64,000 nt of DNA. It comes from an uncultured Oscillospiraceae bacterium. Its GTDB lineage: Bacteria; Bacillota; Clostridia; Oscillospirales; Oscillospiraceae. The notes beneath the pieces are model-generated. The model saw only the letters and a program-made list of their open reading frames with translations, searched no databases and had not been told where the DNA came from. The first letter of the stretch is position 1, and each line of letters starts with the position of its first letter. Positions 16,354 through 25,215 of the stretch are shown here, in pieces. The stretch is taken from contig CAKTQR010000003.1 in NCBI GenBank assembly GCA_934597175.1, forward strand, positions 7,570 through 71,569, read 5' to 3'. Position numbers and translations under genes: made by a program.

Positions 16354-18423
16354 TTATTTATTCGTGGTGTCGTCGGGGATGATGTCGTAGGTGGGCATTA
16401 TCTCGATGGATATCTTGTCCTTTGAAAGGTCAAGGCTGCGGGTTATCTCGTCCGGGCCGATGATGAACGAGAAGGTCTGGATGCCGTAGTTTTTAAGCTC
16501 ATAGCCCCACATACGGTCAATGTCGCTTGCGACGAGCTGGCCGTTCACGGTGACACGGATGATGTACGAGCGCAGCTTTATATCGCCGCCGGTCCGGTTG
16601 ATGTACTTCGTGCGGATAACAAGGTCGCTGCCCTTGGTGAAGGCTTCCGTCACGGTGATGGGGAGCTTCGACACGGTGCTGACGCTGGTGTCGGTGCTGT
16701 ATACCGGCTGTCCGTCGTCGGGCGTGAAGTATGCGCCGTCGTAGTAGCAGCTCAGGCCGATGGCATCGGCGTACAGCGTCCTCGACGACAGGGTCTTGGC
16801 CCTGTAGATCTTGACCTCGTTCGGGTTGGAGATGACGAAGGTGTTGGGGATGAGCACCGCCTTGTCCTTGGTAAAGCACAGCGAATTGTAAGTTCCGCCG
16901 GTCATGAGTGCGATCCTCGTAAGGCCGTTTTCGTCCATGGAGTAGATGTTGCGGTTTTTGGAGGACATGCAGTAGACCGTGTCCTCATACTTGTACAGCG
17001 AGCGGAAGCCGGAGTTCGTCGCCGAGGGGAACTCGCCCTGCGTGTAGATAACGCCCGGGCACTGCAGGCTCATTGCGTAGAACTTGGAGTCATAATTGCC
17101 GTCGGCGTCATAGGCAAGGAAGTAGATGGTGTGGCCGTCGTAGAAGCTGGTGTTTATATCGACCGAGGACACCTTGCTTATCTTGCCGTCGGCGATGTTG
17201 TACGAGAAAAGATTTGTCGCACCGTCAACGCCGAGCTTGAAGTAGATTCTGCCGTTCCAGCCATAGGGGGTAAAGGCACTTGCCTCGGCGTAGGTATAGT
17301 TCTTGTGGATGGCGGTGAAGCTGCCGTTTGCGATCTTGCCGAAGTCGTAGAGATAGCCTGCGGGCTTGTCGGCATAGGTGGTGAACAAAAGTGCGTAAAT
17401 GCTGCCGTTATAGAAGCAGTAGCTCTCGACGATGCTGCCGTGGTAAACGGTGGTGACCTTTTCGTCGGCAGGGTCGTAGCACATCAGCGAGCCGCTGGCA
17501 GTGCCGACGGTCGCACGGCAGAAGTAGACCTTGCCGTTGTAGGTGCTGATGTTGTTCATGTACTCGCCCTCGTTGCAGGTGTAGAGCACGGTGTGGTTAT
17601 CGTTCATGTCCGTCAGGTACAGGGAGTATACCTGCGTCTGGGGGTCGGTGTAGTTTTTGTAGATAGCGTAGTAATCGCTGCCGATCTGGACGGCGATGCT
17701 GTCGTTTTCGAGGTTTGCCTGATACGGCTCCATCGACAGGTTGGCCTTCGAGTCGTGGCCGAGGCGCACGGCGGGGACGACGAGCCTTGCCGTAACGGCG
17801 GCAAGCTGCGCACGGGTGGTGTACTCGCTGCCCTTAAATTCGTTGTTCTCCATGCCGTTCATGATGCCGGCGGCGTACATTTTTTTAACGGAGCTCAGGG
17901 CGTAGGACGGGATGCTCGACTCGTCGGCGATCTTAAGATCGCTTATCGCAGCGGTGTCGGCCTCGTCGAGCAGGCGGCTGAAGATGTACGCAAGGTCGTT
18001 GCGGGTGATGCCGGCCTCGTCAAGACGGCTGAGTCTCGGGCAGGTGCTCGGCAGCAGGTCGTTTTCGACGCAGTAGTCGTAGTAGGCCGAGTACCAATAC
18101 TCGCCGGTCTCGCTGTTATCGAGGGCATAACCGTTGTATGCCGAGTGCACACGGGCGGCGATGGTCACGGCGTGCGACCATGTGACGGTCTCCTCCGGGC
18201 CGAAGGTGCCGTCGGGGTAGCCGATCATGATGCCTCTGTCGTAGCAGATCTTTATGCCGGAGTAGCCCCAATGGTTGCTCACAAGATCGCTGTAGGTATA
18301 TCTGCCCATGTCGGCGATCTTCTCAAATGCGTTGAGCCCACGGCCGGGCGCAGCAAAAGCGCCGAGCGTCAAAAGGCTCGCAAAGATAAGCACGAACGCA
18401 ATAAATCTTGTAAACTTCTTCAT
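16354..18423 (-). CDS. SLH-domain surface protein with beta-propeller-like repeats
   Basis: Signal peptide (MKKFTRFIAFVLIFASLLTLGAFA). SLH repeats (HWGYSGIKICYDRGIMIGYPDGTFGP; AAGIMNGMENNEFKGSEYTTRAQLAAV). Repeated Y/F-rich blades. 689 aa. Confidence 0.8.
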   Translation of the reverse strand: MKKFTRFIAFVLIFASLLTLGAFAAPGRGLNAFEKIADMGRYTYSDLVSNHWGYSGIKICYDRGIMIGYPDGTFGPEETVTWSHAVTIAARVHSAYNGYALDNSETGEYWYSAYYDYCVENDLLPSTCPRLSRLDEAGITRNDLAYIFSRLLDEADTAAISDLKIADESSIPSYALSSVKKMYAAGIMNGMENNEFKGSEYTTRAQLAAVTARLVVPAVRLGHDSKANLSMEPYQANLENDSIAVQIGSDYYAIYKNYTDPQTQVYSLYLTDMNDNHTVLYTCNEGEYMNNISTYNGKVYFCRATVGTASGSLMCYDPADEKVTTVYHGSIVESYCFYNGSIYALLFTTYADKPAGYLYDFGKIANGSFTAIHKNYTYAEASAFTPYGWNGRIYFKLGVDGATNLFSYNIADGKISKVSSVDINTSFYDGHTIYFLAYDADGNYDSKFYAMSLQCPGVIYTQGEFPSATNSGFRSLYKYEDTVYCMSSKNRNIYSMDENGLTRIALMTGGTYNSLCFTKDKAVLIPNTFVISNPNEVKIYRAKTLSSRTLYADAIGLSCYYDGAYFTPDDGQPVYSTDTSVSTVSKLPITVTEAFTKGSDLVIRTKYINRTGGDIKLRSYIIRVTVNGQLVASDIDRMWGYELKNYGIQTFSFIIGPDEITRSLDLSKDKISIEIMPTYDIIPDDTTNK

Positions 18424-18600
18424 ATAAAGACCTCCGGTCGGACTGCGGCTAACGCCGGTTACAATTCGGTATCAGTTCAAATTATATCAAGTCGCCGCAG
18501 GTTTTGCAATAGAAAAATGTAATAAAGTAGATAAATAAATTGTCTAAACGCCGCAAACGGCACTGTCGAGGCCCGTCGGGCAAAAAATCACGGCGGGGTA

Positions 18601-18629
18601 TTGACTTGATGCATCTGTTGTGGTATTAT
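18601..18629 (+). promoter_or_regulatory. sigma-A promoter of the tRNA gene
   Basis: TTGACT, 17 nt, then TATTAT preceded by TGg (extended -10). Lies 25 nt before the tRNA 5' end. Confidence 0.7.
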
Positions 18630-18654
18630 ATATAAGCTCTAAGGAGCAAAATAT

Positions 18655-18731
<77 letters not shown>

Positions 18732-18732
18732 A

Positions 18733-18760
18733 AAAACCGCCTAATTCAGGCGGTTTTTCT
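18733..18760 (+). terminator. tRNA terminator
   Basis: AAAACCGCC-taattc-AGGCGGTTTT followed by TCTT. Confidence 0.75.
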
Positions 18761-18787
18761 TATTTTTACGAACTTGTTAAGAATTTG

Positions 18788-18937
18788 GGCAAGGCGGGTG
18801 CGAAAAGCTTGCAGTGCACCGATAGGTTGATGGACCAACTAAACTCTAGTGTGCAGTAACCGGTCGGGCTACCGCAATTACGACCAGCAATAGCGTGAGT
18901 GCGTATTGAAAAACCGGTCGGGATGGCGCAATTGCGA
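18788..18937 (+). repeat. module A, 3'-partial copy
   Basis: GGTGCGAAAAGCTTGCAGTGCACCGATAGGTTGATGG...AAACTCTAG...CCGGTCGGGCT...GCGTATTGAAAAACCGGTCGGG. Confidence 0.85.
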
Positions 18938-18962
18938 CTAAATCAGCAGAGAGTTCTCTGCT

Positions 18963-19004
18963 AAAAAAGACCATTTTTGAGCACCTCGGTGCTCAAAAAT
19001 GGTC
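18963..19004 (-). terminator. GntR gene terminator overlapping its last codons
   Basis: GACCATTTTTGAGCAC-ctcg-GTGCTCAAAAATGGTC. The stem contains the codons for DHF and the stop, with TTTTTT after it on the minus strand. Confidence 0.7.
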
Positions 19005-19703
19005 TATCAGCTCGTAGCGTTCGATGCTGTCTCGGGAGACATGGAGGTGGCGCTTGGTAACAGCGGCGGCTAGGTCACCGTCGCCGAGCCTGAGAATGTC
19101 GCAGATGAGGCGATGGTCGGTGTCGACGGTGTTGAAAAATCCCTCGGGGCGGCTATACAAAAGGCAGCCTCGGAAGCGCCACACCTCGTACTTGTGCTCC
19201 TCGTACAGGCTGGATATCAGCCTGTTGCCGGACGCCCTGACCACGCCGTAATGAAACGCCATCTCCTGGTCGAGCAGCTTTGTGAAGCCGAAATCCTTGC
19301 CGCTGACATACGCCTCCTGGTACAGCGCCGTGAGCCTGTCGGAGATGCGGTAGAGCTCCTCGAGCTGCTCGGGCTTGATGTTCCGGGCGGCCTTTTTGGC
19401 GGCAAAGGGCTCGATCATCATGGTGAAATCGCAGATTTCCTTATAATACTCGGGGTCAAAATCGGAGACATAGTAGCGGTTGTTCGTTATCTTGGCAAAG
19501 CGGCGGTCGACGAGCTTTTCAAGCGCCGCCTTGACCGGCGAGCGGCTGATAGAAAGCTCCTGCGATATCGCATTTTCGCTTATCCTCGTGCCCGGGTGCA
19601 GCCTGAAGCTTATAATATCACGCAGCAGCAGCTCGTAAACGATGTCGCTCAGCGGCAGAAAGGGGTTGCTGCTGCGAATTTTGTTGAACTTTTTGATATC
19701 CAT
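18993..19703 (-). CDS. GntR family (FadR/FCD-type) transcriptional regulator
   Basis: N-terminal wHTH (PGTRISENAISQELSISRSPVKAALEKL) and a helical C-terminal FCD-like domain. 236 aa. Confidence 0.85.
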   Translation of the reverse strand: MDIKKFNKIRSSNPFLPLSDIVYELLLRDIISFRLHPGTRISENAISQELSISRSPVKAALEKLVDRRFAKITNNRYYVSDFDPEYYKEICDFTMMIEPFAAKKAARNIKPEQLEELYRISDRLTALYQEAYVSGKDFGFTKLLDQEMAFHYGVVRASGNRLISSLYEEHKYEVWRFRGCLLYSRPEGFFNTVDTDHRLICDILRLGDGDLAAAVTKRHLHVSRDSIERYELIDHF

Positions 19704-19853
19704 AGAACATCCTCCTGGGACAAGTTGACGGGTGTCGAACTCAAAGGGTCAACGGATATTATGATATCGGTTTTTCGGGCAATAGTCAAGGGCTGTGCGG
19801 CATAATGCACGAGGGGTATTAATCGTTGTAATAATTTCTTTCGGGTTTATCTA

Positions 19854-20279
19854 TCATTCTTGGTTTTTGGGCACAACCGCAGGCGCAAGGACAATTGGTG
19901 TTTGTCCGTATGCAGATGTTATTTCTGCAATCAATAGCGAAATCCTGCTCATGAGATTTCCCAGCACGAATTGTCCGTTTTCTTGGAACTCTGCCGCCAA
20001 GTTGATTTTGCTCCAGTTATACTCATCAATTCTATCATTTTTCAGCCTAAGAATTGCGCCATAAGAGACTGATAGGTCGAACAATTCCTCGGGCTCAAAT
20101 TTCAGTGAACGCTTTACTGTCAATTTTACTATTGCGCCATTAACACTGACCTCAATAGCATCTATGCAGTTCAAAGAATAGTTTTGGACTTGTTCTTCCT
20201 TATCAATCCTGTTATATGAAATTGAGTCCAAATAGTATCTTTGCTCAGATTCAAAGTATTCAGGTAAATTTCCAATCAC
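19854..20279 (-). CDS. SecB-like chaperone candidate (third gene of the hicAB operon)
   Basis: 141 aa. The GTG start overlaps the hicB stop (GTGA). The C-terminal stretch GNLMSRISLLIAEITSAYGQTPIVLAPAV resembles the SecB segment [29 protein letters not shown], and the central beta-strand pattern is similar. By-eye similarity only. Confidence 0.45.
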   Translation of the reverse strand: MIGNLPEYFESEQRYYLDSISYNRIDKEEQVQNYSLNCIDAIEVSVNGAIVKLTVKRSLKFEPEELFDLSVSYGAILRLKNDRIDEYNWSKINLAAEFQENGQFVLGNLMSRISLLIAEITSAYGQTPIVLAPAVVPKNQE

Positions 20280-20773
20280 GACTTCACACTCCCTCCGATA
20301 AAATTCACTTTCACGCTTTGTCCGTTTTGAAAATATTCTGCATTCCAGCTCGGCATGCTAGTATTCGTATTATAGCTATACTCCGATATCGGCAAAACAT
20401 ATACCGTTTCACTTGTACGGAGATTCTCGGCGCTATCTCCCGATACATACTCCTGAATTGCTTTTTCAACAGACGCATTTAAGGTATCTCCGTTTTTAAA
20501 TGCAAAACTCGCTAGTTGCTTATGCAGTTCCGGACTAATTCTTACATTGAATGTTCCTTTATACTCTCTGTCCGGCGCTTTCCCAACTTCCGCACAAAAA
20601 TCTAGATAGTCATCAACCGCTTCTTGAAACGCTTTTTCAACTTCCTTGACACTTTCGCATTCAAAGTTAACTAAATCGTTGATACCTTCAATTTTACCCC
20701 TTAGCGCCATATCCTCGGTTGAAAACTCAACTTTCGTATGGTAGCCTTTGTATTCTAACACATTCTTCTCCAT
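20276..20773 (-). CDS. hicB: HicB-family antitoxin with ~45-aa C-terminal extension
   Basis: HicB N-domain (YKGYHTKVEFSTEDMALRGKIEGINDLVNFECESVKEVEKAFQEAVDDYL) and an RHH-like segment (FNVRISPELHKQLASFAFKNGDTLNASVEKAI), followed by an aromatic-rich tail. Confidence 0.8.
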   Translation of the reverse strand: MEKNVLEYKGYHTKVEFSTEDMALRGKIEGINDLVNFECESVKEVEKAFQEAVDDYLDFCAEVGKAPDREYKGTFNVRISPELHKQLASFAFKNGDTLNASVEKAIQEYVSGDSAENLRTSETVYVLPISEYSYNTNTSMPSWNAEYFQNGQSVKVNFIGGSVKS

Positions 20774-20775
20774 TC

Positions 20776-21033
20776 TTACAGCTCTCCTAGGCAAATTAAA
20801 AACTCCACTAAATCTCTGACTGCTCCGGGCTTCATGACATCATCGGGATGAGGCTTATGCAGTAAAATGACCTTCTGGTCTTTTTCTCTGTAAAACTTAA
20901 CCCTTGAACCCGATGTCTTTCCTTTTTGAAATTCTTCAAATCCCAATTGGGACAGCAATTTCTTTGCTTCTGTATAGGTATAATCCTTAGGCTTTGATTT
21001 TATTCTATCCTTAGCTTTTTCAGATTTGCTCAT
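20776..21033 (-). CDS. hicA: HicA-family mRNA interferase toxin
   Basis: 85 aa. AKKLLSQLGFEEFQKGKTSGSRVKFYREKDQKVILLHKPHP matches the HicA dsRBD-like pattern, including the catalytic His region. Confidence 0.85.
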   Translation of the reverse strand: MSKSEKAKDRIKSKPKDYTYTEAKKLLSQLGFEEFQKGKTSGSRVKFYREKDQKVILLHKPHPDDVMKPGAVRDLVEFLICLGEL

Positions 21034-21205
21034 TAACCCGGCCCACCTCCCGCATATTGCAACTATTATACAGTTGCAGAATAACACACTTCTTATAATC
21101 TGTCAAGTCGGCTGCCGGTATATACCTTTTCCCCTTTGCAAGCAACCGTCCTTTATGCTATACTTGCAACAGATGGTCAAATTTAATCTATTAGGTGAGG
21201 ATAGT

Positions 21206-22048
21206 ATGTCTTTTAGCAAAACGATACAGATGTATATTTTTGACGGTAATCCTAACGGACGGATCATGTGCGAGCTGTCGAATTGGAATGGTCGTGTATA
21301 TAAAATTTCAAGAAATGAGCTCTCCGAATTTTCTCAAAGAGAGGATGCCGAAAATACCGGAGTTTATTTCTTGTTTGGCAAAAGCGAAGACAATAGCGAC
21401 ACTGTGTACATCGGTGAAGCCGAGCGAATGTTTTCAAGGCTGAAGCAGCATCTGAGGGATTCCGAGTATTGGAGCGATTGCATTGCTGTTATCAGCAAGG
21501 ATAACTTGCTTAATAAGGCTCATGTCAAATATCTTGAGAACAAGTTCTATTTGTTGGCTCAAAGCTCGGGCAGAGCCGGTATTATAAACAGCACCGTCCC
21601 GACTTGTTCGTCCATATCCGAGTATGACGAAGCCATGCTTGAAGAATTTATCAGCAATGCAAAATTGCTTGTAAACACGCTTGGTTACAAGGTGTTTGAT
21701 ACTATTGATGATTCTGCTGCTGTGTTAGATCAAGCAGAGCCCTATTTTTATACCAAGACCGCCAGGGGCGCAGATGCAAAGGGGCTGATAGTGGCCGATG
21801 GATTTGCCGTAATGAAAGGATCTTTAATTGCTTCCTCAACCGTTCCGAGCATGTCGGAAAGCCTAAAAAAACTCCGCAGCTCCTTGTTGGAAAAAGGCAT
21901 AGTAGACGAAAACATGATGTTTACACGAGATCACATTTTTTCAAGCCCGTCGCTTGCCGCCTCGGTCGTACAGGGGCGCAGTGCAAATGGAAGAACCGAG
22001 TGGAAGAATGCTGAGCACAAATCAATAAAGGACATTGAGGAATCATAA
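21206..22048 (+). CDS. GIY-YIG nuclease with DUF4357-like C-terminal domain
   Basis: 280 aa. GIY-YIG elements are GVYFLF...VYIGEAERMFSRLKQH...YLENKF. The C-terminal module is GLIVADGFAVMKGSLIA...FSSPSLAASVVQGRSANGRTEWK. The family name is from memory. Confidence 0.7.
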   Translation: MSFSKTIQMYIFDGNPNGRIMCELSNWNGRVYKISRNELSEFSQREDAENTGVYFLFGKSEDNSDTVYIGEAERMFSRLKQHLRDSEYWSDCIAVISKDNLLNKAHVKYLENKFYLLAQSSGRAGIINSTVPTCSSISEYDEAMLEEFISNAKLLVNTLGYKVFDTIDDSAAVLDQAEPYFYTKTARGADAKGLIVADGFAVMKGSLIASSTVPSMSESLKKLRSSLLEKGIVDENMMFTRDHIFSSPSLAASVVQGRSANGRTEWKNAEHKSIKDIEES

Positions 22049-22087
22049 ACAACGCTATCAAGCTTTTGCTTGATAGCGTTGTTTTTC
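22049..22087 (+). terminator. terminator of the GIY-YIG gene
   Basis: AACAACGCTATCAAGC-tttt-GCTTGATAGCGTTGTT followed by TTTC. Confidence 0.75.
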
Positions 22088-22105
22088 GCAAAAAGGTCAA
22101 GGATT

Positions 22106-22520
22106 TCAGCGCTTACTTATATATTTCCAATTGAGCAGAAATGCGGAGTTTGTAATAACCAGCACCGAGCCTGCGTTGTGGACGAGGGCGATATTTGCCG
22201 CATCGACGGCGACATAGGTGGCGGTGCAGCCGGTCGCTATCTGCGCATTGGCGCTCTCGGGCACGGTAGACTCCAAACCCTGCTCACAGAGAAGCTCGGG
22301 GTCGCCCGCAAGGACGGCTTTGCCCTCGGCGGCGGGCTGTCAACCGTTCACCAGCTAAGCGGCATTTCCACGAGCTCCGGCGACTGCGGGTTGCCGATGA
22401 ACGCCTTGACCTGGTCGAGCGCCGGAACGGTGCTGTTGTAGGCGACGAGGTCGAGCAGGCGCACAAGCGCCCCGATGACGCCAACCCCGCCGACCGGACG
22501 GAGGGCAACAGACCCGATAA
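22106..22520 (-). pseudogene. gene debris: two start-less minus-strand frames
   Basis: High-GC coding-like frames (...GVIGALVRLLDLVAYNSTVPALDQVKAFIGNPQSPELVEMPLSW* and ...ATGCTATYVAVDAANIALVHNAGSVLVITNSAFLLNWKYISKR*) lie in different phases. Neither has a start or RBS. Confidence 0.3.
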
Positions 22521-22525
22521 GCACG

Positions 22526-22787
22526 AAAAAAAGTGAGTCTAAGGACGGACTCAGATGAGGATAATCCGCCCTGTAAAACAGGCTTTTCGCCTTATAGAGG
22601 TGCGCACTTCACTTTTACAGGGTGCGCAGCAGTTTTGAGCGAGTTATTTTTCGTTCAGACAAAACAACAAATCTCCGGCAATACTTTGTGTATTACCGGA
22701 GATTTTTGTGAAGTATGGGCGGAAAAGAGCCGGTCAAAACCGGTTTCTCCTTGTCTGTGCCCGTCCTCCAATCAGACTCACTTTTTT
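22526..22787. repeat. family C element with its own terminal inverted repeats
   Basis: AAAAAAAGTGAGTCTAAGGACGG (left) versus CCGTCCTCCAATCAGACTCACTTTTTT (right). The interior 22631-22770 matches 7621-7770 and 58264-58411. Confidence 0.8.
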
Positions 22788-23638
22788 ATCTTATTCAAGA
22801 ATTCTTCTGCGGGCTTGGACAGGACGGCGTGGCGCTTCCAGATGAGGGCGTGGCGGCTTTCGAGCGTCGGCTCGAGCCGCCTGAAGCACAGGCCGGAGCC
22901 GAGCTGGCTCGGCAAATGGTCATCGGTTATGAGCACATAGCCCAGACCGCTGCGCACGAACGCCGCCGGGTCGCCGTTTAAGACATTATAGGTCGCCGCA
23001 ACATTCATGTGCTCAAGATCGGTCTGCGCCCAATGCTCGATGGTGCGCTGGAGGCCGACCCGCTTGTGCAGAATAAGCGGCACTTTGCGCAGGTCCTCGG
23101 GCTTGACGGCGGGCTTCATCGCAAGCTCGCAATTTGCGGGCATGACGAGCCCCCACCGGGCACGGTCGTCGAGCGTAACATAGTCGTACTTGACGGCATC
23201 GACCGGCTCTAGCAGCACGGCAAAATCGAGGCTTCCGTGGTCGAGCCGCTCGGCTATCTCGCAGGCGTCGCCGCTGTAGAAATCAAAGCACACATCCGGG
23301 TGCTCGGCGTGCAGCTCCGCTGCGGCATGCAGCACCCTTTTTCCGGGCAGACCGCCTATCGATATCCTGCCGCCGAGCGCCGTGTCGGCGCTGAGCTCCT
23401 GCTCGGTCTTTTCCAAAAGCGCCACTATCTCCTCGGCACGCTTGCGCAGCAAAATGCCGTCATCGGTGAGCGTGAGCTTGCGCTTGCCACGAATGAGAAG
23501 CTGCTTTCCGAGCTCCTCCTCCAGCTCCATGAGCTGCTTTGACAGCGAGGGCTGGGTAATATGCAGGCTTTCGGCAGCACGGGTGATGTTCTCCTCCCGG
23601 GCGACCGTCAAAAAATATTTCAAAACACGAATATCCAT
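22778..23638 (-). CDS. LysR family transcriptional regulator
   Basis: HTH LKYFLTVAREENITRAAESLHITQPSLSKQLMELE plus a substrate-binding domain. 286 aa. Confidence 0.9.
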   Translation of the reverse strand: MDIRVLKYFLTVAREENITRAAESLHITQPSLSKQLMELEEELGKQLLIRGKRKLTLTDDGILLRKRAEEIVALLEKTEQELSADTALGGRISIGGLPGKRVLHAAAELHAEHPDVCFDFYSGDACEIAERLDHGSLDFAVLLEPVDAVKYDYVTLDDRARWGLVMPANCELAMKPAVKPEDLRKVPLILHKRVGLQRTIEHWAQTDLEHMNVAATYNVLNGDPAAFVRSGLGYVLITDDHLPSQLGSGLCFRRLEPTLESRHALIWKRHAVLSKPAEEFLNKIKK

Positions 23639-23780
23639 GTAATTATCACCTCGTTCGACATTATAACAGATTTTATCATGCCTGTAAACTATGATAGAGT
23701 ATTCTTTATAAGTATTTGCTATTGAGAAATTTTATTATTATAATGTTGGCGAAAATTTTGAAACAGAGTTGATATTATAT

Positions 23781-25160
23781 ATGAAGCAAGCAACACGCAG
23801 ACAGCGGCTGGACATGCTAAACGGCCCTATCTGGAACAAGCTGCCGCAGTTTGCCCTGCCCGTTGCGGCAACGGCGATACTCGGGCAGCTTTTTAACGCC
23901 GCAGACATCGCCGTCGTCGGCAACTTCACCGGGGCGGAAAAGACCATCGCCGTGGCGGCCGTCGGCGCAAACAGCTCGGTCATCGGGCTGATAGTAAACC
24001 TGTTTATCGGCATTGCGCTCGGCTGCAATGTCGTCATCGCACACGCTATCGGCCGTGGCGACCGTGAGGCGGTGCACAAGGCGGTGCACACCTCGGTGCT
24101 CGTTGCCGTCATCGGCGGCGTGCTCGTCGGACTATTAGGTCAGCTCATCGCAGCGCCCCTGCTGGGGATGCTGAATGTGCCGGACGAGGTGTTCCCGCTG
24201 GCGCTTTTGTACCTGCGTATTTACCTTATCGGCCTGCCGGTCATCTTGCTTTATAACTTCGAGGCCGCCATCTTCCGCAGCGTGGGCGAGACGAAAACGC
24301 CGCTGGTAGCACTGACGCTGTCGGGCATTTTGAATGTCATTTTGAATCTGTTTTTCGTTGCGGTGCTGCACATGTCGGTAAGCGGCGTTGCGATAGCGAC
24401 GGTCATCTCGAATGTCGTAAGCTCCATCATCCTGTTCGTGAAGCTCAGGCGCACCGAGCTTGACATTCACCTCGACCCCAAGCAGCTTCGCATCGACATG
24501 CCTATCCTGCGCCGCATACTGCGCATCGGTCTGCCCGCCGGAGTGCAGAGCTCGCTGTTTGCGGTGTCGAATATCGTCATCCAGTCGGCGATAAACAGCC
24601 TCGGCACGGTCGTCATGGCGGCGTCGAGCGCAGCGTTCAACATCGAGATACTCACCTTCGATATCCTCGACGCATTTTCCCAGGCGTGCACGACCTTCGT
24701 CGGGCAGAACTATGGCGCAGGCAAGATCGACCGCTGCAAAAAAACGCTCAAGCTGTGCCTGCTCGAGGGTCTTGCTGTGCTCGTTTTGGCGATCGCGATA
24801 CTGCTGTTTTTCGGCAAGCCCCTGCTGTCGATATTCAACAACGACCCCGAGGTCGTCGAGACCGGCTATATCCGCCTTATGTATGTCATGTTCTCGCATG
24901 TTTTTAACCTGCTGTACAATGTCATGTCCGGCTACCTGCGAGGCTTCACCATCTCGCTTGTGCCGGCAATACTCACGATGCTGGGTGTGTGCGGCGTTCG
25001 CATTGCGTGGATACACTATGTGTTCCCGCTCAGTCCGACATTTAAAACGATAATGATCGCCTATCCGGTGAGCCTCGGACTCACGGCGCTGCTCATCTTC
25101 GCCGCCGTGCTGTACTACCGCCCGTCCAAGCGCTTCGCCGGCACGAGAGAAGCGGTGTGA
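23781..25160 (+). CDS. MATE family efflux transporter
   Basis: 12-TM protein with N-terminal LNGPIWNKLPQFALPVAATAILGQLFNAADIAVVG typical of MATE/NorM. ATG at 23781 is preferred over the TTG at 23769. Confidence 0.85.
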   Translation: MKQATRRQRLDMLNGPIWNKLPQFALPVAATAILGQLFNAADIAVVGNFTGAEKTIAVAAVGANSSVIGLIVNLFIGIALGCNVVIAHAIGRGDREAVHKAVHTSVLVAVIGGVLVGLLGQLIAAPLLGMLNVPDEVFPLALLYLRIYLIGLPVILLYNFEAAIFRSVGETKTPLVALTLSGILNVILNLFFVAVLHMSVSGVAIATVISNVVSSIILFVKLRRTELDIHLDPKQLRIDMPILRRILRIGLPAGVQSSLFAVSNIVIQSAINSLGTVVMAASSAAFNIEILTFDILDAFSQACTTFVGQNYGAGKIDRCKKTLKLCLLEGLAVLVLAIAILLFFGKPLLSIFNNDPEVVETGYIRLMYVMFSHVFNLLYNVMSGYLRGFTISLVPAILTMLGVCGVRIAWIHYVFPLSPTFKTIMIAYPVSLGLTALLIFAAVLYYRPSKRFAGTREAV

Positions 25161-25163
25161 CGC

Positions 25164-25198
25164 AAAAAAGCTGTCTGAAAAATTTCAGACAGCTTTTT
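25164..25198. terminator. conserved bidirectional hairpin F, copy 1
   Basis: AAAAAGCTGTCTGA...TCAGACAGCTTTTT. Confidence 0.8.
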
Positions 25199-25215
25199 GT
25201 TTTGCGGTAATGCAC

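Noticed and set aside
17131-18522. 463-aa plus-strand ORF opposite the SLH protein. Similar long antisense ORFs occur at 11711-12883, 19113-19805, 24135-25016, 49570-50367, 50987-51811, 53069-53908, 58281-59384 and 59504-60370.
   Set aside because: All lie opposite genes with clear family motifs (CNNM, GntR, MATE, nadE, pyrG, glnA, tsf, rpsB). They are Val/Ala/Gly/Asp-rich without recognisable domains or Shine-Dalgarno sites.
22070-22441. 123-aa plus-strand ORF after the GIY-YIG gene
   Set aside because: It starts inside the terminator hairpin and has no RBS. The opposite strand shows coding-like but disrupted frames, so I treat the region as gene debris.
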